From Haliotis cracherodii (Eukaryota), in assembly GCF_022045235.1 (NCBI RefSeq), contig NW_027266319.1:22444001-22508000 (forward strand): a DNA stretch of 64,000 bases, in the 5' to 3' direction. A model generated the notes under the pieces. The model was given only the letters and a program-made list of their open reading frames with translations. It was not told where the DNA came from and searched no databases. Below are positions 1 through 15,063 of this stretch, piece by piece; the stretch's first letter is position 1; each line of letters opens with the position of its first letter. The translations under genes were made by a program, and so were the position numbers.

Positions 1-97
1 CATATAGCGGGAATATTGCTGGGTGCTTCGTTTAACAACAAGTAAATAAACACACAAAAACATGGTTAAAGTGTGAATTTGGCTTTTCAAGATGAAA

Positions 98-3000
98 AGT
101 TTCATCTGTTTACTCCAACCCCAACAAGGGTTAATCTACAGGAGCTAGACTATTCCAGCAGAAAGGTTTCATGTGTTTACTCCAGCTCCAGCAAGGGTTA
201 ATCTACAGGAGCTAGACAATTCCAGCAGAAAGGTTTCATCTGTTTACTTCAACCCCAACAAGGGTTAATTACTGCAGGTAGACAATTACAGGAGAATAGT
301 TTCATGTGTTTACTCCAGCTCCAACAAGGGTTAATCTACAGGAGCCAGACAATTCCAGCAGAAAGGTTTCATGTGTTTACTCCAGCTCCAACAAGGGTTA
401 ATCTACAGGAGGTAGACTATTCCAGCAGAAAGGTTTCATGTGTTTACTCCAGCTCCAACAAGGGTTAATCTACAGGAGGTAGACAATTCCAGCAGAAAGG
501 TTTCATGTGTTTACTCCAGCTCCAACAAGGGTTAATCTACAGGAGCCAGACAATTCCAGCAGAAATGTTTCATGTGTTTACTCCAGCTCCAACAAGGGTT
601 AATCTACAGGAGGTAGACTATTCCAGCAGAAAGGTTTCATGTGTTTACTCCAGCTCCAACAAGGGTTAATCTACAGGAGGTAGACAATTCCAGCAGAAAG
701 GTTTCATGTGTTTACTCCAGCTCCAACAAGGGTTAATCTACAGGAGCCAGACAATTCCAGCAGAAAGGTTTCATGTGTTTACTCCAGCTCCAACAAGGGT
801 TAATCTACAGGAGCTAGACTATTCCAGCAGAAAGGTTTCATGTGTTTACTCCAGCTCCAACAAGGGTTAATCTACAGGAGCTAGACTATTCCAGCAGAAA
901 GGTTTCATGTGTTTACTCCAGCTCCAGCAAGGGTTAATCTACAGGAGCTAGACAATTCCAGCAGAAAGGTTTCATCTGTTTACTTCAACCCCAACAAGGG
1001 TTAATTACTGCAGGTAGACAATTACAGGAGAATAGTTTCATGTGTTTACTCCAGCTCCAGCAAGGGTTAATGTACAGTAGGTAGACTATTCCAGCAGAAA
1101 GGTTTCATGTGTTTACTCCAGGTCCAACAAGGGTTAATCTACAGGAGCTAGACTATTCCAGCAGAAAGGTTTCATGTGTTTACTCCAGGTCCAACAAGGG
1201 TTAATCTACAGGAGCTAGACTATTCCAGCAGAAAGGTTTCATGTGTTTACTCCAGGTCCAACAAGGGTTAATCTACAGGAGCTAGACTATTCCAGCAGAA
1301 AGGTTTCATGTGTTTACTCCAGGTCCAACAAGGGTTAATCTACAGGAGCTAGACTATTCCAGCAGAAAGGTTTCATGTGTTTACTCCAGCTCCAGCAAGG
1401 GTTAATGTACAGTAGGTAGACTATTCCAGCAGAAAGGTTTCATGTGTTTACTCCAGCTCCAACAAGGGTTAATCTACAGGAGGTAGACTACTCCAGCAGA
1501 AAGGTTTCATGTGTTTACTCCAGACCCAACAAGGGTTAATCTACAGGAGCTAGACTATTCCAGCAGAAAGGTTTCATGTGTTTACTCCAGACCCAACAAG
1601 GGTTAATCTACAGGAGCTAGACCATTCCAGCAGAAAGATTTCATCTGTTTACTCCAACCCCAACAAGGGTTAATCTACAGGAGCTAGACTATTCCAGCAG
1701 AAAGGTTTCATGTGTTTACTCCAGGTCCAACAAGGGTTAATCTACAGGAGCTAGACTATTCCAGCAGAAAGGTTTCATGTGTTTACTCCAGGTCCAACAA
1801 GGGTTAATCTACAGGAGCTAGACTATTCCAGCAGAAAGGTTTCATGTGTTTACTCCAGGTCCAACAAGGGTTAATCTACAGGAGCTAGACTATTCCAGCA
1901 GAAAGGTTTCATGTGTTTACTCCAGCTCCAGCAAGGGTTAATGTACAGTAGGTAGACTATTCCAGCAGAAAGGTTTCATGTGTTTACTCCAGCTCCAACA
2001 AGGGTTAATCTACAGGAGGTAGACTACTCCAGCAGAAAGGTTTCATGTGTTTACTCCAGACCCAACAAGGGTTAATCCACAGGAGCTAGACTATTCCAGC
2101 AGAAAGGTTTCATGTGTTTACTCCAGACCCAACAAGGGTTAATCTACAGGAGCTAGACCATTCCAGCAGAAAGATTTCATCTGTTTACTCCAACCCCAAC
2201 AAGGGTTAATCTACAGGAGCTAGACCATTCCAGCAGAAAGATTTCATCTGTTTACTCCAACCCCAACAAGGGTTAATCTACAGGAGCTAGACTATTCCAG
2301 CAAAAAGGTTTCATGTGTTTACTCCAGGTCCAACAAGGGTTAATCTACAGGAGCTAGACTATTCCAGCAGAAAGGTTTCATGTGTTTACTCCAGACCCAA
2401 CAAGGGTTAATCTACAGGAGCTAGACTATTCCAGCAGAAAGGTTTCATGTGTTTACTCCAACCCCAACAAGGGTTAATCTACAGGAGCTAGACCATTCCA
2501 GCAGAAAGATTTCATCTGTTTACTCCAACCCCAACAAGGGTTAATCTACAGGAGCTAGACTATTCCAGCAGAAAGGTTTCATGTGTTTACTCTAACCCCT
2601 ATAAGGGTTAATCTACAGGAGCTTAACTATTCCAGCAGAAAGGTTTCATCTGTTTACTCCAGCTCCAACAAGGGTTAATCTGCAGGAGCTAGACTATTCC
2701 AGCAGAAATGTTTCATCTGTTTACTCCAGCTCCAACAAGGGTTAATCTACAGGAGGTAGACTATTCCAGCAGAAAGGTTTCATGTGTTTACGCCAACCCC
2801 AACAAGGGTTAATTACTGCAGGTAGACAATTACAGGAGAATAGTTTCATGTGTTTACGCCGGCTCCAACAATGGTTAATGGAGCCAGACAATTCCAGCAG
2901 AAAGGTTTCATCTGTTTACTCCAACCCCAACAAGGGTTAATTACTGCAGGTAGACAATTACAGGAGAATAGTTTCATGTGTTTACGCCGGCTCCAACAAG

Positions 3001-3855
3001 GGTTAATTACTGCAGGTAGACAATTACAGGAGAATAGTTTCATGTGTTTACTCCAGCTCCAGCAAGGGTTAATCTACAGGAGCTAGACTATTCCAGCAGA
3101 AAGGTTTCATCTGTTTACTCTAACCCCTATAAGGGTTAATGTACAGGAGGTAGACTATTCCAGCAGAAGGATTTCATGTGTTTACTCCAACCCCAACAAG
3201 GGTTAATTACTGCAGGTAGACAATTACAGGAGAATAGTTTCATGTGTTTACGCCGGCTCCAACAAGGGTTAATGGAGCCAGACAATTCCAGCAGAAAGGT
3301 TTCATCTGTTTACTCCAACCCCAACAAGGGTTAATTACTGCAGGTAGACAATTACAGGAGAATAGTTTCATGTGTTTACGCCAGCTCCAACAAGGGTTAA
3401 TCTACAGGAGCCAGACAATTCCAGCAGAAAGGTTTCATCTGTTTACTCCAGCTCCAACAAGGGTCAATCTACAGGAGCTAGACTATTCCAGCAGAAGGCT
3501 TTTATGTGTTTACTCCAACCCCAACAAGGGTTAATCTACAGGCGCTAGACTACTCCAGCAGAAAGGTTTCATGTGTTAACTTCAACCCCAACAAGGGTTA
3601 ATCTACAGGAGCTAGACTATTCCAGCAGAAAGGTTTCATGTGTTAACTTCAACCCCAACAAGGGTTAATCTACAGGAGCTAGACTATTCCAGCAGAAAGA
3701 TTTCATGTGTTTACTCCAACCCCAACAAGGGTTAATCTACAGGAGCTAGACTACTCCAGCAGAAAGGTTTCATGTGGTTGTTCCTCACACAACAAGGGTT
3801 AATGTACAAGAGTTAGACTATTTAAACAGAAAGGTTTCATTTGCTTGTTCCAGCT
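98..3855. repeat. 67-bp tandem satellite, about 56 copies, with a second variant unit
   Basis: Unit aaggtttcatgtgtttactccagctccaacaagggttaatctacaggagctagactattccagcaga; variant unit contains ttaattactgcaggtagacaattacaggagaatag. Confidence 0.97.
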
Positions 3856-4594
3856 CTTTGGAAAATCAATAAAAGATGAAAGAAGAGATTAAATTTTCAA
3901 AGGTTGATTATCACTCAATGAATTGAAGGCCAGGGCCAGGTCATCACCTGGTTCAGTATTTTCAAAGTGTAACTATAGGATAGAACCTGAAATTTTAAGA
4001 TAGCGTGTTTCGGTATGTATATTCTGTGTAGGAAATACCAGAAAAGGAGATGTTTTACTGCTAGAGGAATCGCACCATATAGAAGTTGAAGCGTCAGGCT
4101 GTGATCTCAAGGGGTAGAAAGATTGATGGCAGTCCTTTGAATTATTCGTAAATAGGTCCTGAAAAGCTAGGAAGGGAAATATCTCTCAAGGGCAATGGTT
4201 AGCAGCAATCTGAATTTCATTTAGAATAGTGGACTTTTGTCTCGGTCTATTTTGCTGGTTACCATGGGCGTTGATAGCCAGGACGTTAGGATAATATGGT
4301 CAAGGCAAGTTTGGTCGTCTCACAAAAGCAAAAGATGCCTTGAGTCTTTTTCGTTAAAGTAGATTGGTTATGCAAGAGATTGTATCAGTGTTTATGGTAC
4401 CACTGAGGGATTCGGTCCAATGATTGATCCTTCTTTGATCATCTGAAGCATATAAATATTTATATCCAGATAAATGTACTGCAGGCTATTTAAGAAGATA
4501 AGCCTACTGTGTTGGAGATAGAGAGCTATGTTTGGATGGTTTCTTGGAAATGGGTAGGGTCATCGCTAGTGGTGGAAAGTATTGTAGTTTACTA

Positions 4595-5030
4595 AACAAT
4601 GTGTTATTGTGATTTGAAACCTCTGATGACCAATCTAAATTAATATTCTAAAAAATGATATGTACATGATACTGTATTCTACTGGTTATGAGAAACAATG
4701 TGTTATTGTGATTTGAAACCTCTGACTAAAAAGTGTTATGTACATGATATTGTATTCTACTGGTTTAATGAGAAACAATGTGTTATTGTGATTTGAAACC
4801 TCTGATGACCAATCAAAATTGGTATTCTAAAAAGTGATACTGTATTCTACTGGTTATGAGAAACAATCTGTTATTGGGATTTGAAACCTCTAAAGACCAA
4901 TCCAAATTAATATTCTAAAAAGTGATGTGTACATGATACTGTATTCTACTGGTTATGAGAAACAATCTGTTATTGGGATTTGAAACCTCTGACTAAAAAG
5001 TGATATGGACATGAAACTGTATTCTACTGA
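4595..5030. repeat. Degenerate ~80-100-bp tandem repeat, about 5 copies
   Basis: Recurring aaacaatgtgttattgtgatttgaaacctct...tgtattctactggttatgag. Confidence 0.85.
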
Positions 5031-6280
5031 GAACAAGAGAAATCAGTTTGTTACATGCATTGTTCATTATATACGTTTATTCGCTCAAAAACGTCTGCCA
5101 TTTTGGCTTAAACAAAACTCAATACATACACATCCCGCATCTACTGGTGATTCACTTAAAAAGTACCCAGTGATACACCTTCAAAACATTTTGATGCTAT
5201 GGTCGGAAGAACTTGTATCTGAAATTATCATTTTATCAGAATAATATATTCCAATATCATGTTATTTTAGTTACAGCTTTCACTATATATATAAAATAAT
5301 AGGAACCATTAGCGTAGCACTTTAGTACAGGATATTTTTATGAATGGAACAATTTGACCAGTCACCGTAGGGACTTCCTGCACTACATGTATTTCAATTT
5401 TGAAAATGTCATGTTGACATTTAATAGTCAAACTGCCTCAAATATGACTTTTAACTGGTCAAAGTATGGCATTTATGATATATGTATCCATTTTCTTGCA
5501 ACTTAAGTTTGTTTCAAGGCATCAATAACAGTAATCTGACCGTGGTTGCTGTAAATAATGGTGAGTTGTGCGATCTACGGATCACTTCCAGACATGATTC
5601 GTAAATGAAATTTAGTCGTTTTACAGACAAGATAAGTCCACTTACATGGACAGGTTAGAGTAACAAAATGCAAGTTTAACAAGGTTGAATCGTCACCAGT
5701 GATTGTGTTGATTCGCGTCTGATTGCATACAGCCAATAGTCAGTGACACTTGCCACTGAGTGAGATTTCTCAGTACGCTATACATGTCATTAATTAGTGG
5801 TAGATAGGCTTGTCAGTGATCGGATATCAGTTTGCCATATACGTTAGTTCGCCAATATATTCGCGAATATATAGGAGAAAAATCAGGGATTTTTTAACAG
5901 TTTGTTGTCTCCGTTTGTTCGCTCTAACTGTGTTCATTATATCTGTGTTCTACTGTATAGGACAAATATATATATATAACAGGAGTTTTAATTGGGATGC
6001 TGACATATGACATAAGCATCCGAAGTATAATATCAATTTCTATATTTCTTTATTTGTTTGTTTGCTTATTCATTCATTCATCTCTTTATTTCAAAATTAT
6101 ATTTATTTATATGCTTATGAGATTAAGAAAGTATGTTGTTTAAATTTCAATTATATACTTCCTTTTTCAACCATGGCCTTGAATGGTTTTTGAAAAATTT
6201 ATCAATAATCCAGTGATCCAGAAAGAGTCACCAGTGGAGCCTATCCATACTTTACATTTTTATATCAATAACTTTACTTT

Positions 6281-6542
6281 ATCCAGAATAGGTCTTCAGC
6301 AACCCATGCTTCCTGTAAAACATGACTTACTAATGCTTGTCGTAAGACGCGACTAACGGGATCGGTTGGTCAGGCTCGCTGACTTGGTTGATGCATGTCA
6401 TCGTATCCCAATTGCGTAGATTGATGCTCATGTTATCAATCACTGGATTGTCTGGTCAAGACTCGATTATTTAAAGACCACCATCAAATAGCTGAAATAT
6501 TGCTGAGTGCTGCGTTAAACAACAAACAAACAAACAAACAAC
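6281..6542 (+). mobile_element. SINE family C
   Basis: Core catgcttgtcgtaagaggcgactaacgggatcgg...tggattgtctggtccagact with (caaa)n tail; homologous to 11726-12419 and 43202-43475. Confidence 0.85.
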
Positions 6543-7261
6543 ATAATAAGAAAAACACATGTATGTAACAAGTATTAAATGATGTTTATTTCATTTCATG
6601 TAAAGTTACAATTTAAGGAAGGACTAGTCTGTCATACAGACCCTGAAACAAATATATCCAATACGGCCCAAGTCTATAATGTTTGGCAAGTCTAGATTAA
6701 AATGAAGAAAGTCTCTAAGGCTCCATTGAGCTGTATTTTATAACCATAATTTAACAACTGTTTTCTCCGTAAAATATGTTCATTTCAGAGACTAGATGTT
6801 AGTCTAGGGAAGGAAGGATAGGAAGAATAATGAAGATAGGTTTCCTATTGCAATCAGCACAAACCAGACATGACAAGCTTATAAAGCATTCTGTTGTGAG
6901 TCCCACGTGTGTCCAGCCATCAGTGTCTGGTGGTGACTGTGAGGCGGGAGAGGGATGCCACCCACCCCCGCATCTTTACATTAGTGTGGAATGTCACAAC
7001 ACTCCACAGACAGACCGAATTAGTTCAACAGATATGACAGGCAACAATAATAAAACATTTACATACAAAGTGTCCTGTCATCTAGCCTTAATAGGCTTAT
7101 GAGACACTGACGATAAATTACATTATGTACATACACATGTATAGACATGCTAGAAGTTGAAATAGAATACAGTGACTTCATCGTCAATACTGTGCAATAG
7201 GTGCGCCAGCTAGCCTGAGGTGGCCCAGTGACAGCAGAGTGCATGGCTCTGCAGAGTGTCA

Positions 7262-7424
7262 GGGGCGGTCGGGTAGCCTAGTGGTTAAAGCGTTCGCTCA
7301 TCACGCCGAAGACCCGGGTTCGATTCCCGACATGGGTACAATGTGTGAAGCCCATTTCTAGTGTCCCCCTCCATGATATTGGTGGAATGTTGCTAAAAGC
7401 GGAGTAAATCCATACTCGCTCACA
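7262..7424 (+). mobile_element. tRNA-derived SINE family A
   Basis: A box (tagcctagtgg), B box (ggttcgattcc), ACTC tail, TSD ctgcagagt; many near-identical copies in the window. Confidence 0.9.
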
Positions 7425-7746
7425 CTGCAGAGTATGTGTCAAGATGGAATCCCATGCTGACTCACGGCCCTTTGCATTGTGTGTGCTGAGATGGTAAATG
7501 TGTGGGTTTGACTGTTAATCATCATGCTGGGGCACTCCTGTGAGACTCTGTAGTATGGCTCATGCATTAGGCGAGAGAATAAAGACAAAAAGGCTTGTGG
7601 AGAATATAAGGAATTTTAATAAATAACAAAATAAGAAATTTAGAAATTCAACAATCACCCAGAAGAGAGCCTGTTAACTGTCTATGATTAACTGAATATA
7701 TACCTATCCCTCAGCCCACTTAGTGCTAAACCTACCTCTCCCCCAA

Positions 7747-8018
7747 GGGGGTACGGGTGGCCCAGTCGTCTAAGGCGCCGCGATTTGCTGTGCAGAGTTG
7801 CGTCCCTTGGGCATGCCAGAAACCTATGATTGTGGGTTTGAATCCCGGTTCGCCCCGATTATGTTTCTAGGTTTTTCAGCACCATACCCGTGCTCGTGGG
7901 TTTCACCGAAGTGGTAAACGTCAAAGACCTGCATCACTTCGGGCTTTCCTCCCACATTACGCTGACATGCCGCGATATGACTGGAATACTATTAAGAGCG
8001 GCGTTAAACTCATTCACT
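7747..8018 (+). mobile_element. tRNA-derived SINE family B
   Basis: tggcccagtcgtctaaggc and ggttcgaatcc-type boxes, ctttcctcccac core, TSD ctctccccaagg. Confidence 0.9.
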
Positions 8019-10444
8019 CTCCCCAAGGAAACTCTAAACAAACTATATTAAAGAAATATGCTATTCTGCTTACATGCTAATTTCTCCCCCACCAAGCTGC
8101 ATAACAACCTATTCTTCAACTAAATATAGAGGCGTCTGGTTGGTGAAGAGTCTGTGTAAATTATCCCCGTACTAGAGGATTACTCATCAGGAAACCGCTC
8201 AGAAGACACTGAATGCTGCAGTACTAGGTCCTAATATACCACTAGGCTGACCCATTGGCCAGTAACACTGTTCGCTACCAACCAGGATGTTCCTACTATT
8301 TTGTGCTTGACGCATAAGTCGTGGCGAAACATAAAACATGATAAACATGTGACTCAAGCACTGAAGTAGGAAAACGCCCACCACCAAACAACCAACGGGA
8401 ACTATATACGTCCAAAACATGTTTTAAGAGAGACAACTGACTACAAGATACATACAACTTCAAGACATAATTATAAGAAATTTATAGGGTGATTCTTATA
8501 GATCTAAAAAAAAAGCCACCCAATGAAAAAGCTCATCCTCCATCACCCATGAGTACAGCTGGCTGCCTTGTTGTGTTGTTGCTATTTTTTACCAATGAAT
8601 CAAGCCCCAGCCTGCTATTGACAAGAGGGAAACCAACAAATTCTCTGATCAATGACTGCTCATATTACATCGCACGAACAGAAGTATTACTTGTGCAACA
8701 TCTGCTACAGTCTTGCAGCCACCTTGTCTACATAGGAACAGTTGGGTTCGCCCATAGTTCATTCACGGGGTAGGGCTTCCCTGAGTTTTAGATGGCCTCA
8801 TTTAATTGCCTGTATTCATGGGTGATGGTGTGTCAATGTGTCAGCTGAATGTGGTATGAAAATTTGCGTGCACTGTAATGTGCTGATGATCCAAGGATCT
8901 TAATTGGGGTGGATCTGAACCACGTTGACCACGTCCTGAAACTCTCCTCCTAGAGTTCTGTGCAGTCAATGTGGTACCCGTACCTCTGCCACAGGCCAGC
9001 ACGATATGAAGATGCGTCACATCCTACACAGTCCATTTTACAGATTTTGTCATACCTCGTTTAAGAATCTTACAATTCCATTGGTTAATCCGTATCATGT
9101 GATGAAAGAATACATTTCAATGTCGACCCCCAAATCATGTGACTGACACTAACCTCGAATAATGACACGTCACATGATCAGTATGGACCTGTCACGTGAT
9201 GAATATTGAGTCATCTGCTAGAAAACAAAATGGTGCCTTTTATGAACAGCTAAGTTACTGTAAGGAAACAGAGGATGGTTTAAAGACTTCATAAACTTTG
9301 AAGTGAATTTCGGTATAAAAAGATGAATGATTACTCTTGACGGGGTAAATATGCAAAAACAAGGACCCTCTGACCCAAGGCCTTCTGCAGTCTGACCAGA
9401 CCTCCACAGGGGTTGGGTCCTTGGGTCTTTGTTTGCATATATTGACCATATTGATTGCTTTTTAGCTGTTTCATTTAATTTTTTTAGATGAACAGATATC
9501 ATAAAATGGTTAACTTTGAATGAGAAAATATCCTAAAATTTGAAAAACTTTTTCCATTTACATATTTATCCTTTGTTTACATTGGTTGTACGGCTCCACG
9601 TGCAGTCATCAAAGCTCTACAGAGAGCTAGTGATATGGTCACTTGTCATACCCTCACTGTCGCAGTTATAGTAGCATCCCTAAATAATTATGCTAAAACA
9701 ATCTGTAAGTCTCACAGAAAGGCTTGCTATAGGCCAATATGCTTTGATATCAGAATAACTGTGTTTGTTTACAAAGAAGATAAAAGTCTACTTATGTGAT
9801 ATGCAAATTAGCTTGTAGCAATGGTGTAGTGCGAAGCCATCACTGTGCTGGGGTGGATCACACAATGAGTAATGTCTTCACTCGCTGAATACTCTATGCA
9901 ACTGGACCTTGTCAGTATGAGGCATCATCAGAATTAATTAATCACAATGTATATAATAATAAACTTGAACGCCAGAAAATAATCAATCTCGATTATCCAA
10001 TGAAACAGATTCTATTGGGAGTAATTATTATAACGGCAAAATGGTAGTGAAAGTTATATGAAAGGATCGCTGAAAATCAGTGATGACACATATGTTTCCT
10101 AAAAGGGTAAGCATGTATAATAAATGCCAAAGTGGTTTGTTGTCAGGAAAATAGTACCAATATCAAACTGTAAATATACGAAAAAGTTTTTCTCAATCAG
10201 TCTCCATGTTACATGTATATTTATTTCTTGACTGTCCTTAGTACGTTCCCTCCCCAACCAGGCCCTATTCACCAGTAGTTATCCTGTGATTTGAAACATT
10301 TATACTTTAATAGTGTTACCGCTTTATATAACAATCACTTCTCCCTGTCAGTGTAACACATAACAATATCACAATTGATAATTCAAGTGTTCAAGTATTG
10401 TGTTCTTATTAAAAGTAAGTAAATGACACACGAGAACTTAACCG

Positions 10445-10604
10445 AGTGAATGAGATGGGTTTTACTCTGCTTTTAGCAATATTCCAGCAATATCACGGGG
10501 GACACCAGAAATGGGCTTCACAGATTGTACCCATGTGGGGAATCGAACCCTGTCCTTCGGCATGACGGGTGAACGCTTTAACCACTAGGCTACCCCACCA
10601 CTCC
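10445..10604 (-). mobile_element. SINE family A
   Basis: Reverse complement of the family A consensus. Confidence 0.85.
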
Positions 10605-11725
10605 AGAATTAAAAGGAATGGAATATTGGAGTGCATAATCCCCAATCTCCTAAATCTGTAATCAACGTCTCTATGAATGGTGTGAGTTAGATATAATGAT
10701 ATGTTGAGCAGTATTTTGGTTATATCATGTCACGTCAGCTTAGTATGGTAAGAAATAAAAGTGATGAAACCATTTCCATATTCATTACAACTCTGCTTAA
10801 AGCTAAACACCCTGAAGTGACACAGGTAAAGACGTTTACCAATTTTGGGAAAATTCATGAGCAGAGGAATAATGTTGACAACTATTTATCTTTCAATCTG
10901 ATGTTCCGTTTTGGTACAGATGCTAGTATCTTCATAGATACATCTACTAAAATACCACTTACAGAGATATATCATAAGATTCTGGCACACCAAAGGGATG
11001 CAACTCTGCATGTCAAATGGTAAACCATTAGACAGCAGGGTCATCTGTGCCATGTATTATGTATTTTGTCAGAATGGAAAACGGCACCAAGAAACAGAAT
11101 GGAACTCAAGCACAAAATTCTCAGTTACCGCAATCTGGTACCCCCTGCAGCCCCTCGTCAAAGTTGGTCATTGGAGGATTTGTCTATTATTCAGCAGCCA
11201 CCGCATCATATTAATTAGCTTCCCAAGAGTCTCCTCCTCACTCAGCATACATCCTCCCCACTCTCCCCCAGGTGTCTGACTTAGTTAGTAGATGTCGCTG
11301 ACATGCTTTGATCGCCCTCCATTAGGGCCGTCATGTCGTCCTCGGTCAGCTTAATGGACAGTAATGTAGTGTATAATTTGGTAACATCTAGAAGATAGGT
11401 CAGATTTAATCTTATCTTCATAATAGAAGGAGACATAAAATCATTACTATTTGGAGCCATTTCATTAGCATTTTTACTTGATTAGACAATAGAAGCCACA
11501 AAATACTTTCAATAATCCAGAGAAATCTATGTTGTATGATTCCGACTTTATCATAAGCATGTGTCCATGAATCAGTATCCAATAGTGAAGACGCCAGGTG
11601 ATCGGGAAGCTGTCCTTTGATGTGCTTATCTTGGTGATGTGAGTTGCATCTATAATCTACAATCAAGGTTGTTAAAATGTTAATGAATTTTAGTTGTTTA
11701 TTCTGTCAAATGCACTAAGGTGGTG

Positions 11726-12419
11726 ACCCGTGAAGATTCCGGAGCAGAATAGGTCTTCAGCAACCCATACTTGCTAAAAAAGGCGACTATGCTTGTCGTA
11801 AGACGTATGATGTGCCTGTTGCGATTAAGTGAATTGCCTATACGGAGTAATCTGGGCAGAAGAGAGGATATTGATTCTTCACAACGCTTTTGTCGGCTAT
11901 GTAACAATGGTTGTATTGAGGACGAACTCCATTTGGTGTTTGTCTGCCCGTTTTACGCAACATTAAGACAAAAGTATATTCCTGTAAGATTCTATAACAA
12001 TCCATGTATTAAGACTTTTAGTAATCTCTTAAATAGCAAAAATGACTGTATACTCAGAAATGTAGCTAAGTATGTGAAGGAAGCCCTATCATTACGTACC
12101 AAGTCCTAATATTATACCCTTAAGATTGTTTGCAATGTAAATTGTCTCAATTGTATATTACTATATATAACTGAAATGTACATGGGCCTATGGCCTCCCA
12201 TACATGAATAAACACACGTACTAACGGGATCGGGTGGTCAGGCGCGCTGAGTTGGTTGATACATGTCATCGATCCCAATTGCGTGGATTGATGGTCATGA
12301 TGTCAATCACTGGATTGTCTGGTCCAGACTTGTTTATTTTACAGACCACTGTCATATACCCCCCGGTAGCTGGAATATTGCTGAGTGCAGCGTTTAACAA
12401 CAAACCAACACAACCCAAC
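11726..12419 (+). mobile_element. SINE family C interrupted by a LINE fragment
   Basis: SINE halves 11726-11807 and 12221-12419 are contiguous in the consensus. Confidence 0.85.
11808..12220 (+). mobile_element. 5'-truncated non-LTR retrotransposon (LINE ORF2 C-terminus + 3' UTR)
   Basis: RFCRLC...IEDELHLVFVCPFY is a CCHC-type motif typical of LINE ORF2 C-termini; stop at 12109, AATAAA near 12207, acgta at both ends. Confidence 0.85.
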
Positions 12420-14363
12420 TAAGATGGTATAAAAATCTTATATGCTTGGATATGAGGTGATTGCTAAAGGTAGCCATAATATCAGTGCATAATTATTCAA
12501 ATGGATGATCACTGTTGTAGTGTCTGTGGTAAGATTAAGATATACCTTCACTCAAAATGTCCTCACCCGCAAAGGACAACCTCAAAGATTGATATCTGAT
12601 TTTGGATGTTATTAAAATTTAATGCAATTATTTTCATAGAAGCTGGTAATGGAATTGTCAGCAAATTACCCTAACTGGTTTCTAATGATCTGGTTTTCAT
12701 ATCTGATGAATAATTTAGATGTTATCAAAGTATTATAAGTTGTAGCAGGATCACGAGGGGTCCCGCTTATAAAACCTAATGAGGAATACATAAAACCCCA
12801 TGTACCCTGAGTAGTCCTGCTACAAGGAATGTATCTTACCGAATGTTTAAATATGACATTCTAAAATAATTCAAACAAACTCAACATTGATGGAAAACAG
12901 CTTTTCAATTGAGATGATGTTAGCTTGTGCTATGTCATGTGACTTCATGGGAAAAAGTGTGCGGCTTTTTGCTTTGAAGCAGGGCATAAGGGATTTATTC
13001 TGCCTCTCAGAAATCCGTGTGCAGTCTGTGTTGCTCGTGGCGGGGTATAAAAGATTTATTTCCCCTTTGAGAAATGTATTCCCCTCCAAGGCGGGATAGA
13101 TAGTATTTTATCAAGATCACTTGGACCAGTCAACAAGGAGGTATGATAAATTATGATTATTTTCATAAAAGCTGGTAATGGAAATGTCAGAAAATTACAC
13201 TTACTGGTTTCTAATGATCTAGTTTTTCATAATGTAAAACCTAGGAGTGCTTGGAGCCAGTACGCACCACATCTGCAGGGGACAGGGGACCCAATTTCAT
13301 GGTTAATCACATTAGACGCATATGATCAGAGGGGACACAGGGCCTCATTGTGGTGACACATGGTCCAGTGTATAGTGCACAGGTCACAAACCAGGTGAAA
13401 TTAAGCAAAATTGGTTGGGGAGAATCCTTGGATTGGTGACTGTTTGGCAACTTGGCTCCTGAGAGTTTCTAGGGATTCGGTTCTGCCCCACACTGAAGCA
13501 CATGTAACAAATGTGGTGTCTCCTTGGGCAAGTGACTTTGTTTGAAATGTGCCTCTGTTCACCCAGCAGTGAATTTGTACCCAGTAGGATTAGATGGTAA
13601 TGTGGCTGTTAACCTTCTAGATCCTCACATGCAGCTAGGGTTGTATACTCCCTTGGCAGTTGAAAATGAAAAATTGAGTGCTCACTGATCTATTTTTACC
13701 GGGGTATTAATACAGCTTTTAAGGTATACATTGCATATGAAGTTATGAGTTTTACAAGCGACTATTATCATTATTATCATTGCTTATCGGTCATTTTATG
13801 GTACAAGTTGTAGATGTAGAAACAGTGCCCTCCCCACCACTGACTGGTTCAATTCATTGTCACATGGTTTCACATAGTGTTTCCAAATTTGACAGGTGAC
13901 AGCCTTGTTATCACGTCCCAAATTGAATAAATTGAATAACATCTTGAAATATCAAATTAGTATCTTGAATTTTCAAGAAAAAAATAAAATAACAAATTGC
14001 CCTAAAAGGCTTCCGTACAAATTTGTTCATGGTGTTGAAATAAATATTGGCAATTCTTTTATATGAAAAAAAAGTTCATTCTAGGAAATATTTAAGAATC
14101 TTCTTCTCAGGCACCACAAAGTCCATGTATCTCAAACTGTGATGTGATGTGTAGCAGCAAAAACTTCCTAGAAAAAAAGTATACATTTGAAAGTTTCATT
14201 TAACTTTAAATTACAACTACAAATTACGTTATTAAAACATTACTAGGCAGAAAAACAGTCGCAGAAAAACTGCAGTTTTAAGGTCCAAAACATAACTATG
14301 CTTCCCGTATCAAACATATCACCATCCAACAATTTTGTTTTCTTGTTTGTGTCATTTATAGCC

Positions 14364-14526
14364 GGGGCGGTCGGGTAGCCTAGTGGTTAAAGCGTTAGCT
14401 CGTCACACCGAAGACCCGGGTTCGATTCCCAACATGGGTACAATGTGTGAAGCCCATTTCTGGTGTCCCCCGCCATGATATTGCTGGAATATTGCTAAAA
14501 GTGGCGTAAAACCTCACTCACTCACT
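14364..14526 (+). mobile_element. SINE family A
   Basis: Consensus match; TSD tcatttatagcc. Confidence 0.92.
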
Positions 14527-15063
14527 CATTTATAGCCACCATAAAAAATGGGTGTATACTTTCTTTTGCACTGCAGTGTAATTGGATTGAGACCTGTCCA
14601 TGACTTTGTTGATGTTACTGAAAGGAGATATCTATCTCTGAAACTGCTTGACCAAATGAGTTGATACTTACATGAATGTTTGTCATACTCTCAAATAGAC
14701 AACATTGCAAGACGAATGAACAGCTGCACTCACCTTACTTGATCAGGCTACAGATTTCACCACCTTGACTTACCCTTGTGATCAACTGATACTAAGAAAC
14801 CAACTCACAGAAATGAACATCTGGTCTTCAGTCTGCCCCCAAAGTCCTATGCATCTATGTCCATGGTCATATTGGACTTTTCCTCTTACTTAAAGTTGAT
14901 ACACTGTGAAATAACTGACATGCTTTTCAAAACTGAGTTGAACACAACTCACTCACTCTTGTTACAAACACATCAAACATCCTCTCACGGAGACAATGAG
15001 TTCTTTGGGAGAAAAAAAGCTACCGTATCTGATTGTCAAATAGTTCTGTTTTTATATTTCCAG

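Noticed and set aside
98-3855. Regular repeat array resembling a CRISPR array or a repetitive protein gene
   Set aside because: Units are contiguous with no unique spacers; 67 bp is not a multiple of 3 and frames contain stops; eukaryotic context
7262-7335. tRNA-like sequences at SINE heads (also 14364, 33499, 42088, 60231)
   Set aside because: Each is followed by a constant body, ACTC tail and TSD; these are SINEs, not tRNA genes
12741-12824. Short element bounded by tgtagcagga / tcctgctaca inverted ends
   Set aside because: Too short and single-copy in this window to classify as a MITE or solo LTR
3900-15000. Searched for upstream synapsin exons (domains A/B and the start of C)
   Set aside because: No recognisable synapsin peptide with splice sites found by eye; they probably lie upstream of the window
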